NCBI GenBank assembly: GCA_022710775.1
Contig: JAKLGH010000001.1
Coordinates: 5,824 to 69,823, forward strand
Origin: Patescibacteria group bacterium
GTDB taxonomy: Bacteria > Patescibacteriota > Minisyncoccia > Minisyncoccales > UBA5738
Length of the DNA stretch: 64,000 nt
Reading direction: 5' to 3'
The position numbers and the translations under genes were made by a program. Each line of letters begins with the position of its first letter. The stretch's first letter is position 1. Below, piece by piece: positions 42,273 through 53,334 of this stretch. The notes beneath the pieces were generated by a model. That model had not been told where the DNA came from, made no database searches, and was given only the letters and a program-made list of their open reading frames with translations.

Positions 42273-42593
42273 CTAAATTTTTAAATCGTCGAGGTCTTCT
42301 GAGACCGGCTGCTTCGCTTCTTCACGAACCTTTCTTCCGCCCTCTGGTTCTTCGATCTTGAGATTCACTCTGGCGTGGTTCTTGAGGCCGATGATCCGGA
42401 CCAGATTCCTGATCGCCCTGGCGGTGCTACCGCTTCTTCCGATGATCTGACCCATATCTTCAGGGTTGACCTTCAGAGAAAGCAGGACGCCCATTTCATC
42501 AACCGATCGATTAACCCTGACATCGTCAGGATGGTCAACCAACGCTTTGATGATGAATTCAAGGAAATCCTGGTCAACAGTTTTTTTGTCCAT
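42273..42593 (-). CDS. KH-domain RNA-binding protein (YlqC/UPF0109-like)
   Basis: 106 aa with IGRSGSTARAIRNLVRI (the GxxG KH loop). It follows rpsP, as in many bacteria. Confidence 0.8.
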   Translation of the reverse strand: MDKKTVDQDFLEFIIKALVDHPDDVRVNRSVDEMGVLLSLKVNPEDMGQIIGRSGSTARAIRNLVRIIGLKNHARVNLKIEEPEGGRKVREEAKQPVSEDLDDLKI

Positions 42594-42749
42594 GTTCTGT
42601 ATAGCCTTATCCGTATTTTAAATCATTCTAGTAGCCCGACCTTTTCAGCCGATCCCTATCAGAAACCGGGAGAAGCCGAATCGCTACCTTGTAAAAATTA
42701 TAGCTCTTGGCTCTGATTTGTCAATCAAAAAACGTTAATCAACTCCCTG

Positions 42750-43073
42750 CTAGGCTTTGGCTGGGGCATCGGGTGCTTTTGCCGCCGCCGCTTCTTCTTT
42801 CTTTTTGGGCTGTTTATGGACAGCGATCTTTTTTTCGGAAATGATTTTCTCGGAAACCAGCAAATTATGGATGCTGGCGGACGGCTGCGCTCCTTGAGAA
42901 AGCCAATATTTGATTCTATCTTTGTTCAACTTGCTTTCCTTCCTGGCGCGGTTTAGCGAACCCACTTCCTCGCAAAAACTTCCGGCCGCGGCGGATTTCC
43001 TTTTATCAACGACAACGATCCTGAAGGTCGGTTGATTCGTTTTTCCGATGCGATGTAATCTAATTACCAACAT
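42750..43073 (-). CDS. rpsP: 30S ribosomal protein S16
   Basis: MLVIRLHRIGKTNQPTFRIVVVDKRK...WLSQGAQPS. Confidence 0.95.
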   Translation of the reverse strand: MLVIRLHRIGKTNQPTFRIVVVDKRKSAAAGSFCEEVGSLNRARKESKLNKDRIKYWLSQGAQPSASIHNLLVSEKIISEKKIAVHKQPKKKEEAAAAKAPDAPAKA

Positions 43074-43144
43074 ATTTTTTTATCCTTTTTATTCTTTTTA
43101 TTCTTTTTTCTTTTTTTGCTTTTAATTTCCTCTAAATTCTTACG

Positions 43145-43858
43145 CTACCATCCCTTGGTTTCCAGGGCTATCCGCGCCGTTTCCTCTTCGGCTTCCTGCT
43201 TGGACGTTCCTCCGCCTTTGGCAATAAGCTCCGGTCCGATATAGACGCCGACCAAGAATTGCTTGTTATGATCGGGCCCCTTTTCTTCCAGCACCCGATA
43301 GGTCGGCGTTATTTTCATTTTTTCCTGGGCGACTTCCTGAAAGCGCGATTTTGAATCTTTGTAAAGCTTTTTCTCGATAATCTCGGGTAATTCGCGGATC
43401 AAACTTTCATAGATGAACTGCCGGCAAGCTTCATATCCGGAATCCAGATATAAGCTTCCGATAAATGCTTCATAGGTGTTCGCCAGGATATACTGCCTTG
43501 ATTTGCCTTCTTCTTTCGACTCGCCCTTCGACAGAAGAAGAAAATCGCTGAATCCTAGTTTATAAGCCACAGAGGAAATCATTTTCGTGTTAACCAGCGC
43601 CGCTCTCCAGCTGGTAAGCTCCCCTTCAGGCTTGCCCGGATACTTACGGTAAAGATATTCAGTGGCTACCAATTCCAGAACCGCATCCCCTAAAAATTCC
43701 AGCCGTTCGTTATTGCCCAGGCCGATCTGCGGATTTTCGTTCAGATATGAGCGGTGGATAAAAGCCTGCGTCAACAGATTTTTATCTTTAAAAGCGATCT
43801 TCAGCTTCTGTTCCAGCGCCGTAAAGTCTTTGGACGCATTTTTTTCATTATTATTCAT
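43145..43858 (-). CDS. rnc: Ribonuclease III
   Basis: I place the start at [10 protein letters not shown] (complement of 43856-43858). Signature [21 protein letters not shown] and a C-terminal dsRBD ([10 protein letters not shown]). It overlaps the nusB stop by 8 nt. Confidence 0.9.
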   Translation of the reverse strand: MNNNEKNASKDFTALEQKLKIAFKDKNLLTQAFIHRSYLNENPQIGLGNNERLEFLGDAVLELVATEYLYRKYPGKPEGELTSWRAALVNTKMISSVAYKLGFSDFLLLSKGESKEEGKSRQYILANTYEAFIGSLYLDSGYEACRQFIYESLIRELPEIIEKKLYKDSKSRFQEVAQEKMKITPTYRVLEEKGPDHNKQFLVGVYIGPELIAKGGGTSKQEAEEETARIALETKGW

Positions 43859-44390
43859 TGGTCTGTTTTTCCGGCTCTTGCGACTCCGCCTCGTTATCGG
43901 CCTCACCGGCCGTTTCGGCGTCGGGCGGCTCGCTTTTCGATATTTCCTTATAAATCGTGCCCAATACACCGTTAATGAACTTTCCACTGCTGTCGCCTCC
44001 AAAATTTTTTCCCAGTTCTATCGCTTCATTGATTGCTACCTTGGGAGGGACGGCTTTCCGGTCTTCGTAAAGCAATTCATAAAGACCGATGCGCAAAATA
44101 TTGCGGTCAACGATGCTGATCTGCTCGATCGGCCACTGCGGCGCCGCCTTCGAGATAATCTTATCCAGCCCTTCGATCTTGCTCAAAACCCCCTCCGTAA
44201 GCTCGGCCGCAAAGCCTTTTTCCTCCAATCCGGGCCCAAACTCCTGCAGATTGCGTTCCAGAATCTGCTTTAAATCTCCGAGTTTGCCGGCAAAATCCCA
44301 TTCAAAAAGGGATTGCATCACTATTGATCTTGTTAAGTGCCTAGAGGCCATAGAGCTTGTATATTTTGATATTCGGCCCTTTGGCCGCAA
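43851..44390 (-). CDS. nusB: Transcription antitermination factor NusB
   Basis: [18 protein letters not shown]..., [27 protein letters not shown]. The true start may be the internal MASRHL at 44351. It has an acidic C-terminal tail. Confidence 0.85.
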   Translation of the reverse strand: MRPKGRISKYTSSMASRHLTRSIVMQSLFEWDFAGKLGDLKQILERNLQEFGPGLEEKGFAAELTEGVLSKIEGLDKIISKAAPQWPIEQISIVDRNILRIGLYELLYEDRKAVPPKVAINEAIELGKNFGGDSSGKFINGVLGTIYKEISKSEPPDAETAGEADNEAESQEPEKQTNE

Positions 44391-44403
44391 GCGCGCGAAT
44401 GGA

Positions 44404-44688
44404 TTATTTCTTTTCCTCGGCTGTATCTTTTGCCGCGGGCTTTGCGCCCTCTTTTTCGTAATCCTTGATTTCCTTTTCTTTCCTTTTTCTTTCTTTACGG
44501 TCGAGCTTTTCCATTACATTAATCACTTCCCGGCCCTTGTAATAGCCGCAAGAAACGCAAACTCGGTGCGGCAAAACCGCTTTGCCGCATTTGGGACAAA
44601 CGGATAACGACGGACTGTTCAAATATAAATGCATCCGGCGCTGGTTCCGGCTTGATTTTGTATGTCTTTTTTTCGGTACGCCACCCAT
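44404..44688 (-). CDS. rpmF: 50S ribosomal protein L32 (with a K/E-rich C-terminal extension)
   Basis: [18 protein letters not shown]...[25 protein letters not shown]. Confidence 0.9.
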   Translation of the reverse strand: MGGVPKKRHTKSSRNQRRMHLYLNSPSLSVCPKCGKAVLPHRVCVSCGYYKGREVINVMEKLDRKERKRKEKEIKDYEKEGAKPAAKDTAEEKK

Positions 44689-44888
44689 GGGATTATCTAT
44701 AACCGATCGCGCGCAAGCTGGAAGGCAAACGGCGCGATTCAGATGTGTTTAATCTTTTTCCTTCATCCTGACCTAGTTCAATCGGAAAGAAAAAGAGTAT
44801 TGGATTCAATACTTGACCTATCATAACAGATAATTAAAAAAATTCAAGGGCTCTAGAGCCTGGCTGCCGCGCCTTACCGCCCGCGATG

Positions 44889-45380
44889 CTATTCCGCGGG
44901 GGTGGAATCCGAAACCTGGAACACGCCGCTGAAAACTCCGATATCATCTTGCGGAGCGTCGGAATAGAAAGTATATGTTTCGGATTTGTCGGGGAAACTT
45001 CCGGCGGCAACTACCCTGAAATTCCCGGCTTCCACGATTCCGCTGTTCAAACCGAGGGCGTCTATCACGAACGAATGAGGATTTACTCCGGTATTCCTTA
45101 TAACAACGGTAATATCTTCGTTGGCGGAAAACTGAAAAGCGTTGTTGGCAAAGCCATTATCGGTTACTTCGATATCGACGCTCCTGGGCGTTTTTGCGGC
45201 TGGTTGTTCTGCCTTGGCGGCCATGGAGCAGTCCGGGCATCTCGGGCAGGCGCTTTGCATATCGTCAAGCCTGATATTTAAATACAATAGGATGCCAAGA
45301 GTCCAGATAATCGTGAATGTGAGACAAAAATTTAAAATGAAGCTTAATAATAAATACAAACTGATTTTTTTTTCTTCCAT
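44889..45380 (-). CDS. Membrane-anchored cupredoxin-like domain protein
   Basis: 163 aa with an N-terminal TM. VDIEVTDNGFANNAFQFSANEDITVVIRNTGVNPHSFVIDALGLNSGIVEAGN resembles EfeO-type cupredoxin-like domains. Confidence 0.55.
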   Translation of the reverse strand: MEEKKISLYLLLSFILNFCLTFTIIWTLGILLYLNIRLDDMQSACPRCPDCSMAAKAEQPAAKTPRSVDIEVTDNGFANNAFQFSANEDITVVIRNTGVNPHSFVIDALGLNSGIVEAGNFRVVAAGSFPDKSETYTFYSDAPQDDIGVFSGVFQVSDSTPAE

Positions 45381-45579
45381 GTTTTAGTTGTTTATTAATT
45401 AGTTTACTCTAGCCGACCTCGCAAAATTGCCGCAATTTTCCTGGAACGCAACGATGTCAACCAGCATTCGTTATAATTTCCAGACGGCAACTTTGAACCA
45501 TATGAAATGTTAAATCTTTAACCGGTTAGTTAATTATAACCGATAGCCGGAACGGACGCAAAATAGACGTTAAGCTTAA

Positions 45580-46800
45580 TCAGCGATTAGGCTCGGTTTG
45601 AAGCAAACGGGAAGCCGAACATGTATATCCATCGGAGTCTGTAACCGATAAAGTGATATTTTTTATTCCAACTTCTTTAAAATACGCGCGAATCCCCTGA
45701 TCGTACGATATGGCGGGATTGCCGTCCTCCAACGACCATAACCAGCGGACTTTGGTGGAAGATCCGTAAACTTCGGATTCGTCGATAAATTCCACGGGAT
45801 CGCCGACAATAGGATTTTTAGGCGTCCAGATAAAACCGACCTTCGGATAGGGATGAAGAGGCGTATCAAAAGGTATCCCCTCCGACCATTCAGAGCTTAA
45901 ACCAGCTTCATTCCAAGCCTTAACGCGCCAATAGTACCGTTTTCCCCATGATAGCTTTCCCCCGGGCGTTGCATAATTGAGGCTTGAAGAATCAATTTTG
46001 CCGGAATCATGGACCAAAGAAGAAAAGTAGGAACGGTTGCTGATCTGAACCTGGTAGGCAGACTGGTTCCGGCCGGCCGGATCAAGCCATTTCCAGTAAA
46101 GAATGGCCGCTGCCCCGGATGACGAGCAATAATCGGATTGCACGGCATTGGTTGCCAAAACTTCGGGAATATCCCGGCTTGGCTCATCGCTAATTCCGAT
46201 CTTTCCCTTTTGATAGGCAATAAGCCAGCGGAAACGGCTTATTCCCGAAGCTTCGGCTACGTTGCCGCCGTATCGGATGTAGAAGCGGACCGGGCCGGCC
46301 AACGCCAAATTTTTTGGCAGCACGAAAGTTTGGCTGAATTCAACGCTGTAATCACCGGAATTCAAACTTCCGATAGAATCGCCAATTTTAAGCTCTCCGA
46401 GTTTGATTACGTTTCTAGCCGGATATTCAATAATACCAAATGCCTCAGCTGGCGGAACAGATCCGCAATCCGAGGGAACCGGACATACCGCGGGCTTAAT
46501 ATCGCAAGAAGCTGCCGGCTGCCCCAAACAGTCGAATTGAGCTATGTCGGAATCGGGGGCGACAAAGAATGAAATACTGGCACATTTGCCCGAGCTGACC
46601 ACGCTGCCCGGCAGCCAGATCCGCCCGTCGAACAATATCCGGTCGCCTGGAGCAAAAACGGCATCGGGAACCGGCTTGTTGATCGTCGCCGACAATTCGG
46701 GAGTCGAACAGCGCGGAGCCGACGGCGCAGCCAAAGCCGAGCCCGCCAAAAACGAAGGGAAAACTGCGGCAAACAACAGTAATTTAGCGATGATATTCAT
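45580..46800 (-). CDS. Secreted protein with Fn3-like and PKD domains
   Basis: 406 aa with a signal peptide. The Fn3-like block is AYQVQISNRSYFSSLVHDSGKI...KRYYWRVKAWNEAGLSSEWS. The PKD pattern is FIDESEVYGSSTKVRWLWSLEDG...ITLSVTDSDGYTC. Confidence 0.7.
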   Translation of the reverse strand: MNIIAKLLLFAAVFPSFLAGSALAAPSAPRCSTPELSATINKPVPDAVFAPGDRILFDGRIWLPGSVVSSGKCASISFFVAPDSDIAQFDCLGQPAASCDIKPAVCPVPSDCGSVPPAEAFGIIEYPARNVIKLGELKIGDSIGSLNSGDYSVEFSQTFVLPKNLALAGPVRFYIRYGGNVAEASGISRFRWLIAYQKGKIGISDEPSRDIPEVLATNAVQSDYCSSSGAAAILYWKWLDPAGRNQSAYQVQISNRSYFSSLVHDSGKIDSSSLNYATPGGKLSWGKRYYWRVKAWNEAGLSSEWSEGIPFDTPLHPYPKVGFIWTPKNPIVGDPVEFIDESEVYGSSTKVRWLWSLEDGNPAISYDQGIRAYFKEVGIKNITLSVTDSDGYTCSASRLLQTEPNR

Positions 46801-48254
46801 TTTGGCGATTTAAAACGCTTATTCCGCTTTTCGATTTCATCAAATTCGTCCAACAAAGCTCCTAACGAACCGCTATTCACAGCGGATTTATTCGCGAATT
46901 TCTTTTTAGAGCGAAGCTTTTTCTTTGCTTTCAAGTAAGGAGCGATAACTTTAAAGCCGTAAACAACAGCGCCAATCAGAACAAAACCCGAAAATACCGC
47001 GATATACAGAGAAAACCGGGTAAAGAACAACGGCCAGAAACCAGGCAATACCGGTTCCGGGATCTTTACTTGGCCTTCAGAAGAATTTGCTTCTTGCTCT
47101 TTGGCCAAAAATTCATAATTATCGACCGGATGCCCGCCGATGCTTAATATCAGCGACGCTTTGGGATTATCAGCCTCCTTGGTTATCGGGATCCGCAACA
47201 ACGCTTCGCGGTCGGACATTTTGACGGCCTTAACCGCCTCACCAGCTATCGCGCCATCGCCAGCCAGTATTTTAGCCGCCACGCTTAACTCCTTGTCGGC
47301 CCCGATAATCCAATCCACGGCAGAAAACCCGACCCGAAGACTCGCGATCGATCCGGCCGGATAAGTATCTTTATCCAATGACGCATAATGGATTTGCGCG
47401 TTTCCCTGCGGTTCTTTTACGATCCAGGCGTATTCCAAACTATTGGAAACAATATCCCCGGATCCTTTATTGACCATTCTAACCACGGTACGGTAGAAAC
47501 CCGGTTCCGCAAAAACCGGCAATCTGTAGGCAATAGTTTTGCGGCTGGCCGCATCCAGTTCCAGGGGCAGTTCCGATTCGCGGCACGACTCACTCCCTTT
47601 TTTGCAAGTTTGGTATCGTATGACCTTGGAAATCATTTCGCCCTGTCTTAAGTCCGGCGGCGAGGTCATAGTAAACCGAACTTCCGGGCTTCCGCCGGGC
47701 GAAAGGATGCCGGGATTTTTCGAAGACGGATCGGCCAGGTAATCGAGCGTAAAAAAAGCTCCCGCGGCATCCGAATAAATGATTTTGTCCGTCCAGGCTA
47801 AAACGGTTCCCAGGGAATTTGCGACCTTGACCCTGAGCGTGAGGCCTCCATCACCCATCTGAATCCGGCTGGGCAGCTTGTAGGGCAGCCAATACTCGAA
47901 TTTAAACGATCTTCTTTCTCCGGCCGCCAATGCGAACGGTACGCCGGTGCGGGAATCAAGGATCTTTTTTGCGCCGGGAGGGCCATAACTAAGTTCGTAG
48001 CCGAGCGTCAAGTCGCTGGCGGGAGCGGCCTCGTAATTCCAGAGCGCAATCGAACCAGCTATTTTTCCTCCGGGCGGAACTTGGACCCGGTCCAGAACGC
48101 AATCGGTAAAATAAATCCGGGGAAGCTCGAAACCAAAAACAGCCCCTGCCGGCCATAACAACAGGGCTAAAAAACACGCCAGCGATCTTAAAACTAGTTT
48201 GGCCGTTGATTGCCTAAAGAGCATCGGCTTAAAAGCAAGGTGAAAACTTCTCAA
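46797..48254 (-). CDS. Surface protein with a signal peptide, Ig-like repeats, a C-terminal TM and a Lys-rich tail
   Basis: 485 aa. It overlaps the downstream gene by 4 nt. The TM is LYIAVFSGFVLIGAVVYGF, followed by KAKKKLRSKKKF. Confidence 0.6.
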   Translation of the reverse strand: MRSFHLAFKPMLFRQSTAKLVLRSLACFLALLLWPAGAVFGFELPRIYFTDCVLDRVQVPPGGKIAGSIALWNYEAAPASDLTLGYELSYGPPGAKKILDSRTGVPFALAAGERRSFKFEYWLPYKLPSRIQMGDGGLTLRVKVANSLGTVLAWTDKIIYSDAAGAFFTLDYLADPSSKNPGILSPGGSPEVRFTMTSPPDLRQGEMISKVIRYQTCKKGSESCRESELPLELDAASRKTIAYRLPVFAEPGFYRTVVRMVNKGSGDIVSNSLEYAWIVKEPQGNAQIHYASLDKDTYPAGSIASLRVGFSAVDWIIGADKELSVAAKILAGDGAIAGEAVKAVKMSDREALLRIPITKEADNPKASLILSIGGHPVDNYEFLAKEQEANSSEGQVKIPEPVLPGFWPLFFTRFSLYIAVFSGFVLIGAVVYGFKVIAPYLKAKKKLRSKKKFANKSAVNSGSLGALLDEFDEIEKRNKRFKSPK

Positions 48255-48269
48255 GTTACTATTGCTATT

Positions 48270-49007
48270 TTAGATACGCTTATTAGTGAAATTATCCCAT
48301 AATCGGGCAACCGGAGCAAATGTTTTTCTGTGCACAGGCAGGATACCCAGAGATTCCAAAGCTGCAAGATGCCGCCGGGTTCCATAACCTTTATGGGCCG
48401 AAAACCCGTATCCCGGATATTCAGCCTCATAAGAATCCATCAGCCGGTCGCGGCTCACCTTGGCAATGATGCTAGCCGCCGAAATCGAGAAAATCAGCCG
48501 ATCACCGGAAATGAACGAAGTTTGAGGGAGGGCGGTCCGAATCGAAAAATTACCATCGATAGCCAGGCAGGCCTTTTTGAGACAGAATGGCGGAAAGCGT
48601 CCAAGCGCGCGACTGGCCAGATCATCAACCGCTTTTCGCATCGCCGATTTGGTGGCCTCCAGGATGTTCATTTCATCGATCGCCTCGCTTGATTCGCTGG
48701 CAACACCCCACAAAACATCATTGCGGGCAGTAAGATGGGCGAATAACTCCTCTCGGAGGCGGCTGCCAACCTGCTTTGAATCACGAATTTTATTTTTCAG
48801 CAACTCAAAAACCGGATCGCTCGCGTTCGGATCCGTAAAACAGACTGCGGCAGCGTAAACCGGACCGGCCAGCGGACCGCGGCCCGCCTCATCGATACCG
48901 ACCACAAAACAGCCGCTGTTTTTCAGGGCCGTTCTTTCGTATTCTAAACGGTTTTCCGCCAATTGTTGATGCGATAGGCGCGCAATCCCGCAATTTTTAT
49001 TTTTCAT
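48270..49007 (-). CDS. rnhB: Ribonuclease HII
   Basis: VVGIDEAGRGPLAGPVYAAAV, DSKQV and SIIAKVSRD motifs. Confidence 0.9.
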   Translation of the reverse strand: MKNKNCGIARLSHQQLAENRLEYERTALKNSGCFVVGIDEAGRGPLAGPVYAAAVCFTDPNASDPVFELLKNKIRDSKQVGSRLREELFAHLTARNDVLWGVASESSEAIDEMNILEATKSAMRKAVDDLASRALGRFPPFCLKKACLAIDGNFSIRTALPQTSFISGDRLIFSISAASIIAKVSRDRLMDSYEAEYPGYGFSAHKGYGTRRHLAALESLGILPVHRKTFAPVARLWDNFTNKRI

Positions 49008-49372
49008 ATTAATCGGCCGCTAAACGCTCATAGCAACAAGGAATACCGGAAAAGGCCTGTTAATAATCCGGCTGCAAAACATACAAGCATTGCAACATCG
49101 ATGGCCCGGAGCTTTTATTCGGATCAAACAGCAATATTCTTTTCCTTTTTTATATATTATACTATAATTAATTAATCTATTTTTAAATCAGATTATTAAA
49201 GCATTGTGCCAGTAAAGCTATCTTATTTGAAAAATCCGGTTTTAAACGTTAAATCAGATTCAGATACATATTGAACGCTTAGGCAATGCCGCGGAATATA
49301 TCACTTTCAATGCGGCCATTAGAAAACCGTGAGACATTGCGCTTATGTTTCATTTAGATACTACGCATTAAT

Positions 49373-50041
49373 ATGGAAGACAGAATTCTCAATAAAGCAG
49401 ACGTAGACAACGAAATAGAAACTGCGATAATGGAACGCCGCGAGGCTAATTTTACCGGAAAGCGCCTAGAATGCCTGGCTCTGGCGGAAAAAAATATCGA
49501 TGTCGGAATCAATCTCCAGGATAGCGTTGTGTACGGCAATGTTTTTTTGGCAGACACGGTTATCAACGGAAACATAGATCTATCGGGCGCAACAGTTGCC
49601 GGATCCTTGTTTTACGGGCGCGGAAAATTGATGGGAAACCTATCTATGCGCAAGGCGAAGATTTCACAGACCATCAATCTGGTCGGCATTAATATTACCG
49701 GCTCGGTATACGGACAAAACGCCCGGATCAGCGGATTCATCAGCCTTACGAAAGCCGTTATTCTGGGCGACATTGATTGTTCAAAGATCGAGGTTCGCGA
49801 TTTCACTAAGGATGATTTGACCATCAAAGGCGATATTTATCTGAAAAGCGCCCAGGTAAATGGCTATTTCAGCATGGAAGACGCGGTAATTTGGGGCATG
49901 GTCAACTTTGAAAACGCTTTGGTTAGAAAAAGCCTGAATTTAAAAAACGCGATCGTGAAAGAAAATATCTTTTTGAAAAAATCAATAATCAAGGAGGGAT
50001 GCGATCTTACCGGAATCGCTCCGGAAAAAGTGATCCGCTGA
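49373..50041 (+). CDS. Beta-helix repeat protein (pentapeptide/bactofilin-like, uncertain)
   Basis: 222 aa with a repetitive hydrophobic-G/N pattern of about 20 aa (VVYGNVFLADTVINGNIDLSGATVAGSLFY...). Confidence 0.45.
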   Translation: MEDRILNKADVDNEIETAIMERREANFTGKRLECLALAEKNIDVGINLQDSVVYGNVFLADTVINGNIDLSGATVAGSLFYGRGKLMGNLSMRKAKISQTINLVGINITGSVYGQNARISGFISLTKAVILGDIDCSKIEVRDFTKDDLTIKGDIYLKSAQVNGYFSMEDAVIWGMVNFENALVRKSLNLKNAIVKENIFLKKSIIKEGCDLTGIAPEKVIR

Positions 50042-50124
50042 AAAATCGAAGCAGGCGGAAATTCAAACAATTTTTATCGACAAAAGAACAGCCGGCCACG
50101 GCCGGTTTTTATGACCGAACCAAT

Positions 50125-53100
50125 ATGCAATTCACCCATCTCCACGTCCACTCGCACTACAGCCTGCTTGACGGTCTGGCCCAGATAGACCCGCTTTTGG
50201 ATAAAGTAAAGGCTCTGGGAATGAAATCGGTGGCCATCACCGACCACGGCAATATGTACGCCGCCGTTGAATTTTACAACAAGGCTAAAAAACGCGGGAT
50301 CAAACCCATCATTGGCTGCGAAGTTTATGTCGCACTCGACCGGCGCGAGCAAAAAAGGCCCGGAATCGACGATATGCGCTACCATTTGGTGCTGTTGGCT
50401 AAAAACCAGACCGGATACAGAAATCTGGTAAAATTGGTAACCAAATCGCACTTAGAGGGTTTTTATTATAAGCCGCGGGTCGACGAAGACCTGCTTAGCC
50501 GCTACGGGGAAGGGCTTATCGGGATGTCGGCGTGCATCCAGGGAAAAATACCCCGGCTGATCCTATCAAAAAAAACGGATGAAGCGCTTGAAACAGCGCT
50601 GCGTTACCAGGATTATTTTGGCAAGGGAAACTTTTTTTTAGAGCTGCAACACCATAAGCATATAAGCGAGCAGGATACGGTGAACGCCGGCCTGGTTGAA
50701 ATCGCAAAAAAAACCGGGATCGGGCTGGTCGCTACCAATGATTGCCATTACCTTGATGCCAGCGACGCTGAAGCCCAGGACATTTTAATGCTTATCAACA
50801 CCGGAGCCGATATTAACGATCCCGGAAGGCTGACGATGAAAAACGAGGACTTTTCGATGAAAAGCCCTAAACAGATGGCGGAGGAATTCAAAGACTTTCC
50901 CGAAGCCATAGCCAACACCCAGAAAATTTCTGAAGCCTGCGTTTTTGAATTTGAACTGAAAAAAACCAAATTGCCGAAATTCGATCCGCCCGAAGGCAAA
51001 ACGACCGAGCAATACCTGCGAGACCTCTGTCTTGCCGGAATTGAGAAGCGCTACGGTAAAGAACCGCTAAAGGAAATCATCGACCGATTCGAATACGAGT
51101 TCTCCTCGATCAAGCAGCTGGGTTTTGTCGAATATTTTCTGATTGTGCAGGATTTCGTGAACTGGGCCAAGAATAACCGGATCGTGGTCGGACCGGGCCG
51201 CGGCTCCGCAGCCGGATCGCTGGTATCCTATTTGCTCAATATAACCGAGCTTGATCCGCTGAAGTACGGCCTCATCTTCGAACGTTTCTTAAATCCCGGC
51301 CGGATGCAGGTTTCCCTGCCTGATATCGATATGGATTTTGCGGATCGCAGGCGGCCCGAAGTGATCGCATACGTAGGCCAGAAATACGGAACCGACCACG
51401 TCGCGCAGATAATTACTTTCGGAACAATGGCCGCGCGCGCGGTAGTGCGCGATGTCGGACGCGTGTTGCAATATCCGTATAGCTATTGCGATCAACTGGC
51501 CAAAATGATACCGGCCGGAATGGATCTTAAAGAAGCTTTGGAAAAGAACGACGAACTGCGAAACTTCGTTTTAAGCGACGATAAAGCGGGCCGTCTGATG
51601 GAATTCGCCAAAAAGCTCGAAGGTTGCGCGCGCCACGCTTCAACCCATGCCTGCGGAGTCGTCATTTCGCCCTTGCCTTTGGACGAGATCGTACCGGTGC
51701 AGCATCCCACGGCCGATGACAGCGGTTTGGTATCCCAGTACGAATGGCATGCAATCGTCGATATGGGCTTTTTGAAAATGGATTTTTTGGGATTGAAGAA
51801 CTTAACCATCATTGAAGACACCCTCTCGCGGATCTATGTCGTCCATAAAACAAATATTGATTTAAAAACAATCCCGATGGATGACCGCGCGACTTACGAA
51901 CTAATGAAGCGCGGCGATACCGTGGGCGTCTTCCAGCTGGAAAGCGCGGGGATGCAAAGATATTTAAAACAGCTTAAGCCGACCCAGTTCGAAGATATTA
52001 TTGCCATGGTCGCGCTTTACCGCCCGGGCCCGATGCAGTTTATCCCCGAATTCATCGAAGGCAAGAACGGTTTGAAAGTTCCGGTTTATCTGCACCCTAA
52101 ACTTGAATCGATCCTCGGACCCACATACGGAATTATTCTGTATCAGGAGCAGACAATGAAAATCGCCCAGGAATTAGCCGGATTTTCGATGGCCGAAGCC
52201 GATACCCTCCGAATGGCTATCGGAAAAAAGATTAAAGACTTGATGGCGTCATCGAAATCTAAATTCGTCGAAGGCTGCCAGCAAAACGGCATTGCTAAAA
52301 AAGTCGCTCTAGAAATCTGGAGCTGGATCGAGCCCTCGGCTGATTATTCCTTCAATAAGGCGCACGCAGCTTGTTACGCCATGGTCGCATACCAGACAGC
52401 TTATCTTAAAGCCCATTATCCGGTGGAATTCATGGCCGCGCTCATCACTTCGGAGAAAAACGACGTCGAACGCGTCGGCTATCTGATCGGGGAATGCAAA
52501 ACCATGGGAATTGAAGTCCTGCCGCCCGACGTCAATGAAAGCTATCGCGGTTTCACGGTAATCCCAAACGTCAATAAGATCAGGTTCGGCCTTTCCGCCA
52601 TTAAGAACGTTGGTGAAAACCTGGTCGAGGATATCGTCAATGTCAGGAAAGCTGGCGGGCCGTTTACCGGCATTTTCGATTTTATGGAGAGAATTAATCC
52701 TAAAACCGTAAACAAAAAATCGCTTGAGGCCCTCATTAAATCCGGTACGTTCGACCTTATGGGCGAACGCAACACTCTGCTGGTAAACATCGACCGGCTG
52801 CTTGAGATCGGCCGTGAGATCCAAAAAAATAAATTAAACGGCCAGATCGGCCTGTTTGGCGGCGGGAATAATCCGGCGGCAGCCAAATCGCCCGTTCAAA
52901 TGGAAAAAGCGCGGGAAGCGTCTAAAGCTGAAAAGCTGATTTGGGAAAAAGAACTGCTCGGGCTCTTCGTAACAAGCCATCCGCTGGAGGAATACCGGAG
53001 CGCTATGGAAAAAAAATGCATGGAAATAACGCGAGTCAAAGACAGCCAGGCAGCCCGCCTGGTCAAGATCGGAGGCGTTATTACCGTGGTTAAAAAAATT

Positions 53101-53334
53101 GTCACTAAATCCGGCAAACCCATGCTTTTTATGAGCGTCGAAGATCTTACCGATAAGATCGAGATCGTAGTTTTCAATTCAATCTTGGAAAAGAACATGA
53201 TCGCGCTCCAGGTCAACAAAGTGGTTTTTGTTTACGGCCGCGTGGACAACCGGGACGGCGAGATCAAAATCGTAGCCGATAAAGTTGAGGAAGTTATCGA
53301 AGTTTCAGCCGGTTTTGGCCGCGATATTTTGTGA
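50125..53334 (+). CDS. dnaE: DNA polymerase III alpha subunit
   Basis: I place the start at MQFTHLHVHSHYSLLDGL (PHP domain), which trims the 42-aa ORF-track extension. The length of 1069 aa and the GVFQLES and LYRPGPM motifs fit. Confidence 0.95.
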   Translation: MQFTHLHVHSHYSLLDGLAQIDPLLDKVKALGMKSVAITDHGNMYAAVEFYNKAKKRGIKPIIGCEVYVALDRREQKRPGIDDMRYHLVLLAKNQTGYRNLVKLVTKSHLEGFYYKPRVDEDLLSRYGEGLIGMSACIQGKIPRLILSKKTDEALETALRYQDYFGKGNFFLELQHHKHISEQDTVNAGLVEIAKKTGIGLVATNDCHYLDASDAEAQDILMLINTGADINDPGRLTMKNEDFSMKSPKQMAEEFKDFPEAIANTQKISEACVFEFELKKTKLPKFDPPEGKTTEQYLRDLCLAGIEKRYGKEPLKEIIDRFEYEFSSIKQLGFVEYFLIVQDFVNWAKNNRIVVGPGRGSAAGSLVSYLLNITELDPLKYGLIFERFLNPGRMQVSLPDIDMDFADRRRPEVIAYVGQKYGTDHVAQIITFGTMAARAVVRDVGRVLQYPYSYCDQLAKMIPAGMDLKEALEKNDELRNFVLSDDKAGRLMEFAKKLEGCARHASTHACGVVISPLPLDEIVPVQHPTADDSGLVSQYEWHAIVDMGFLKMDFLGLKNLTIIEDTLSRIYVVHKTNIDLKTIPMDDRATYELMKRGDTVGVFQLESAGMQRYLKQLKPTQFEDIIAMVALYRPGPMQFIPEFIEGKNGLKVPVYLHPKLESILGPTYGIILYQEQTMKIAQELAGFSMAEADTLRMAIGKKIKDLMASSKSKFVEGCQQNGIAKKVALEIWSWIEPSADYSFNKAHAACYAMVAYQTAYLKAHYPVEFMAALITSEKNDVERVGYLIGECKTMGIEVLPPDVNESYRGFTVIPNVNKIRFGLSAIKNVGENLVEDIVNVRKAGGPFTGIFDFMERINPKTVNKKSLEALIKSGTFDLMGERNTLLVNIDRLLEIGREIQKNKLNGQIGLFGGGNNPAAAKSPVQMEKAREASKAEKLIWEKELLGLFVTSHPLEEYRSAMEKKCMEITRVKDSQAARLVKIGGVITVVKKIVTKSGKPMLFMSVEDLTDKIEIVVFNSILEKNMIALQVNKVVFVYGRVDNRDGEIKIVADKVEEVIEVSAGFGRDIL

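Noticed and set aside
49999-50124. An upstream extension of the dnaE ORF (and likewise 43859-44002 for rnc).
   Set aside because: The conserved N-termini begin at MQFTHLHVHSHYS (dnaE PHP domain) and MNNNEKN (rnc). The extensions overlap neighbouring genes and are basic low-complexity sequence.
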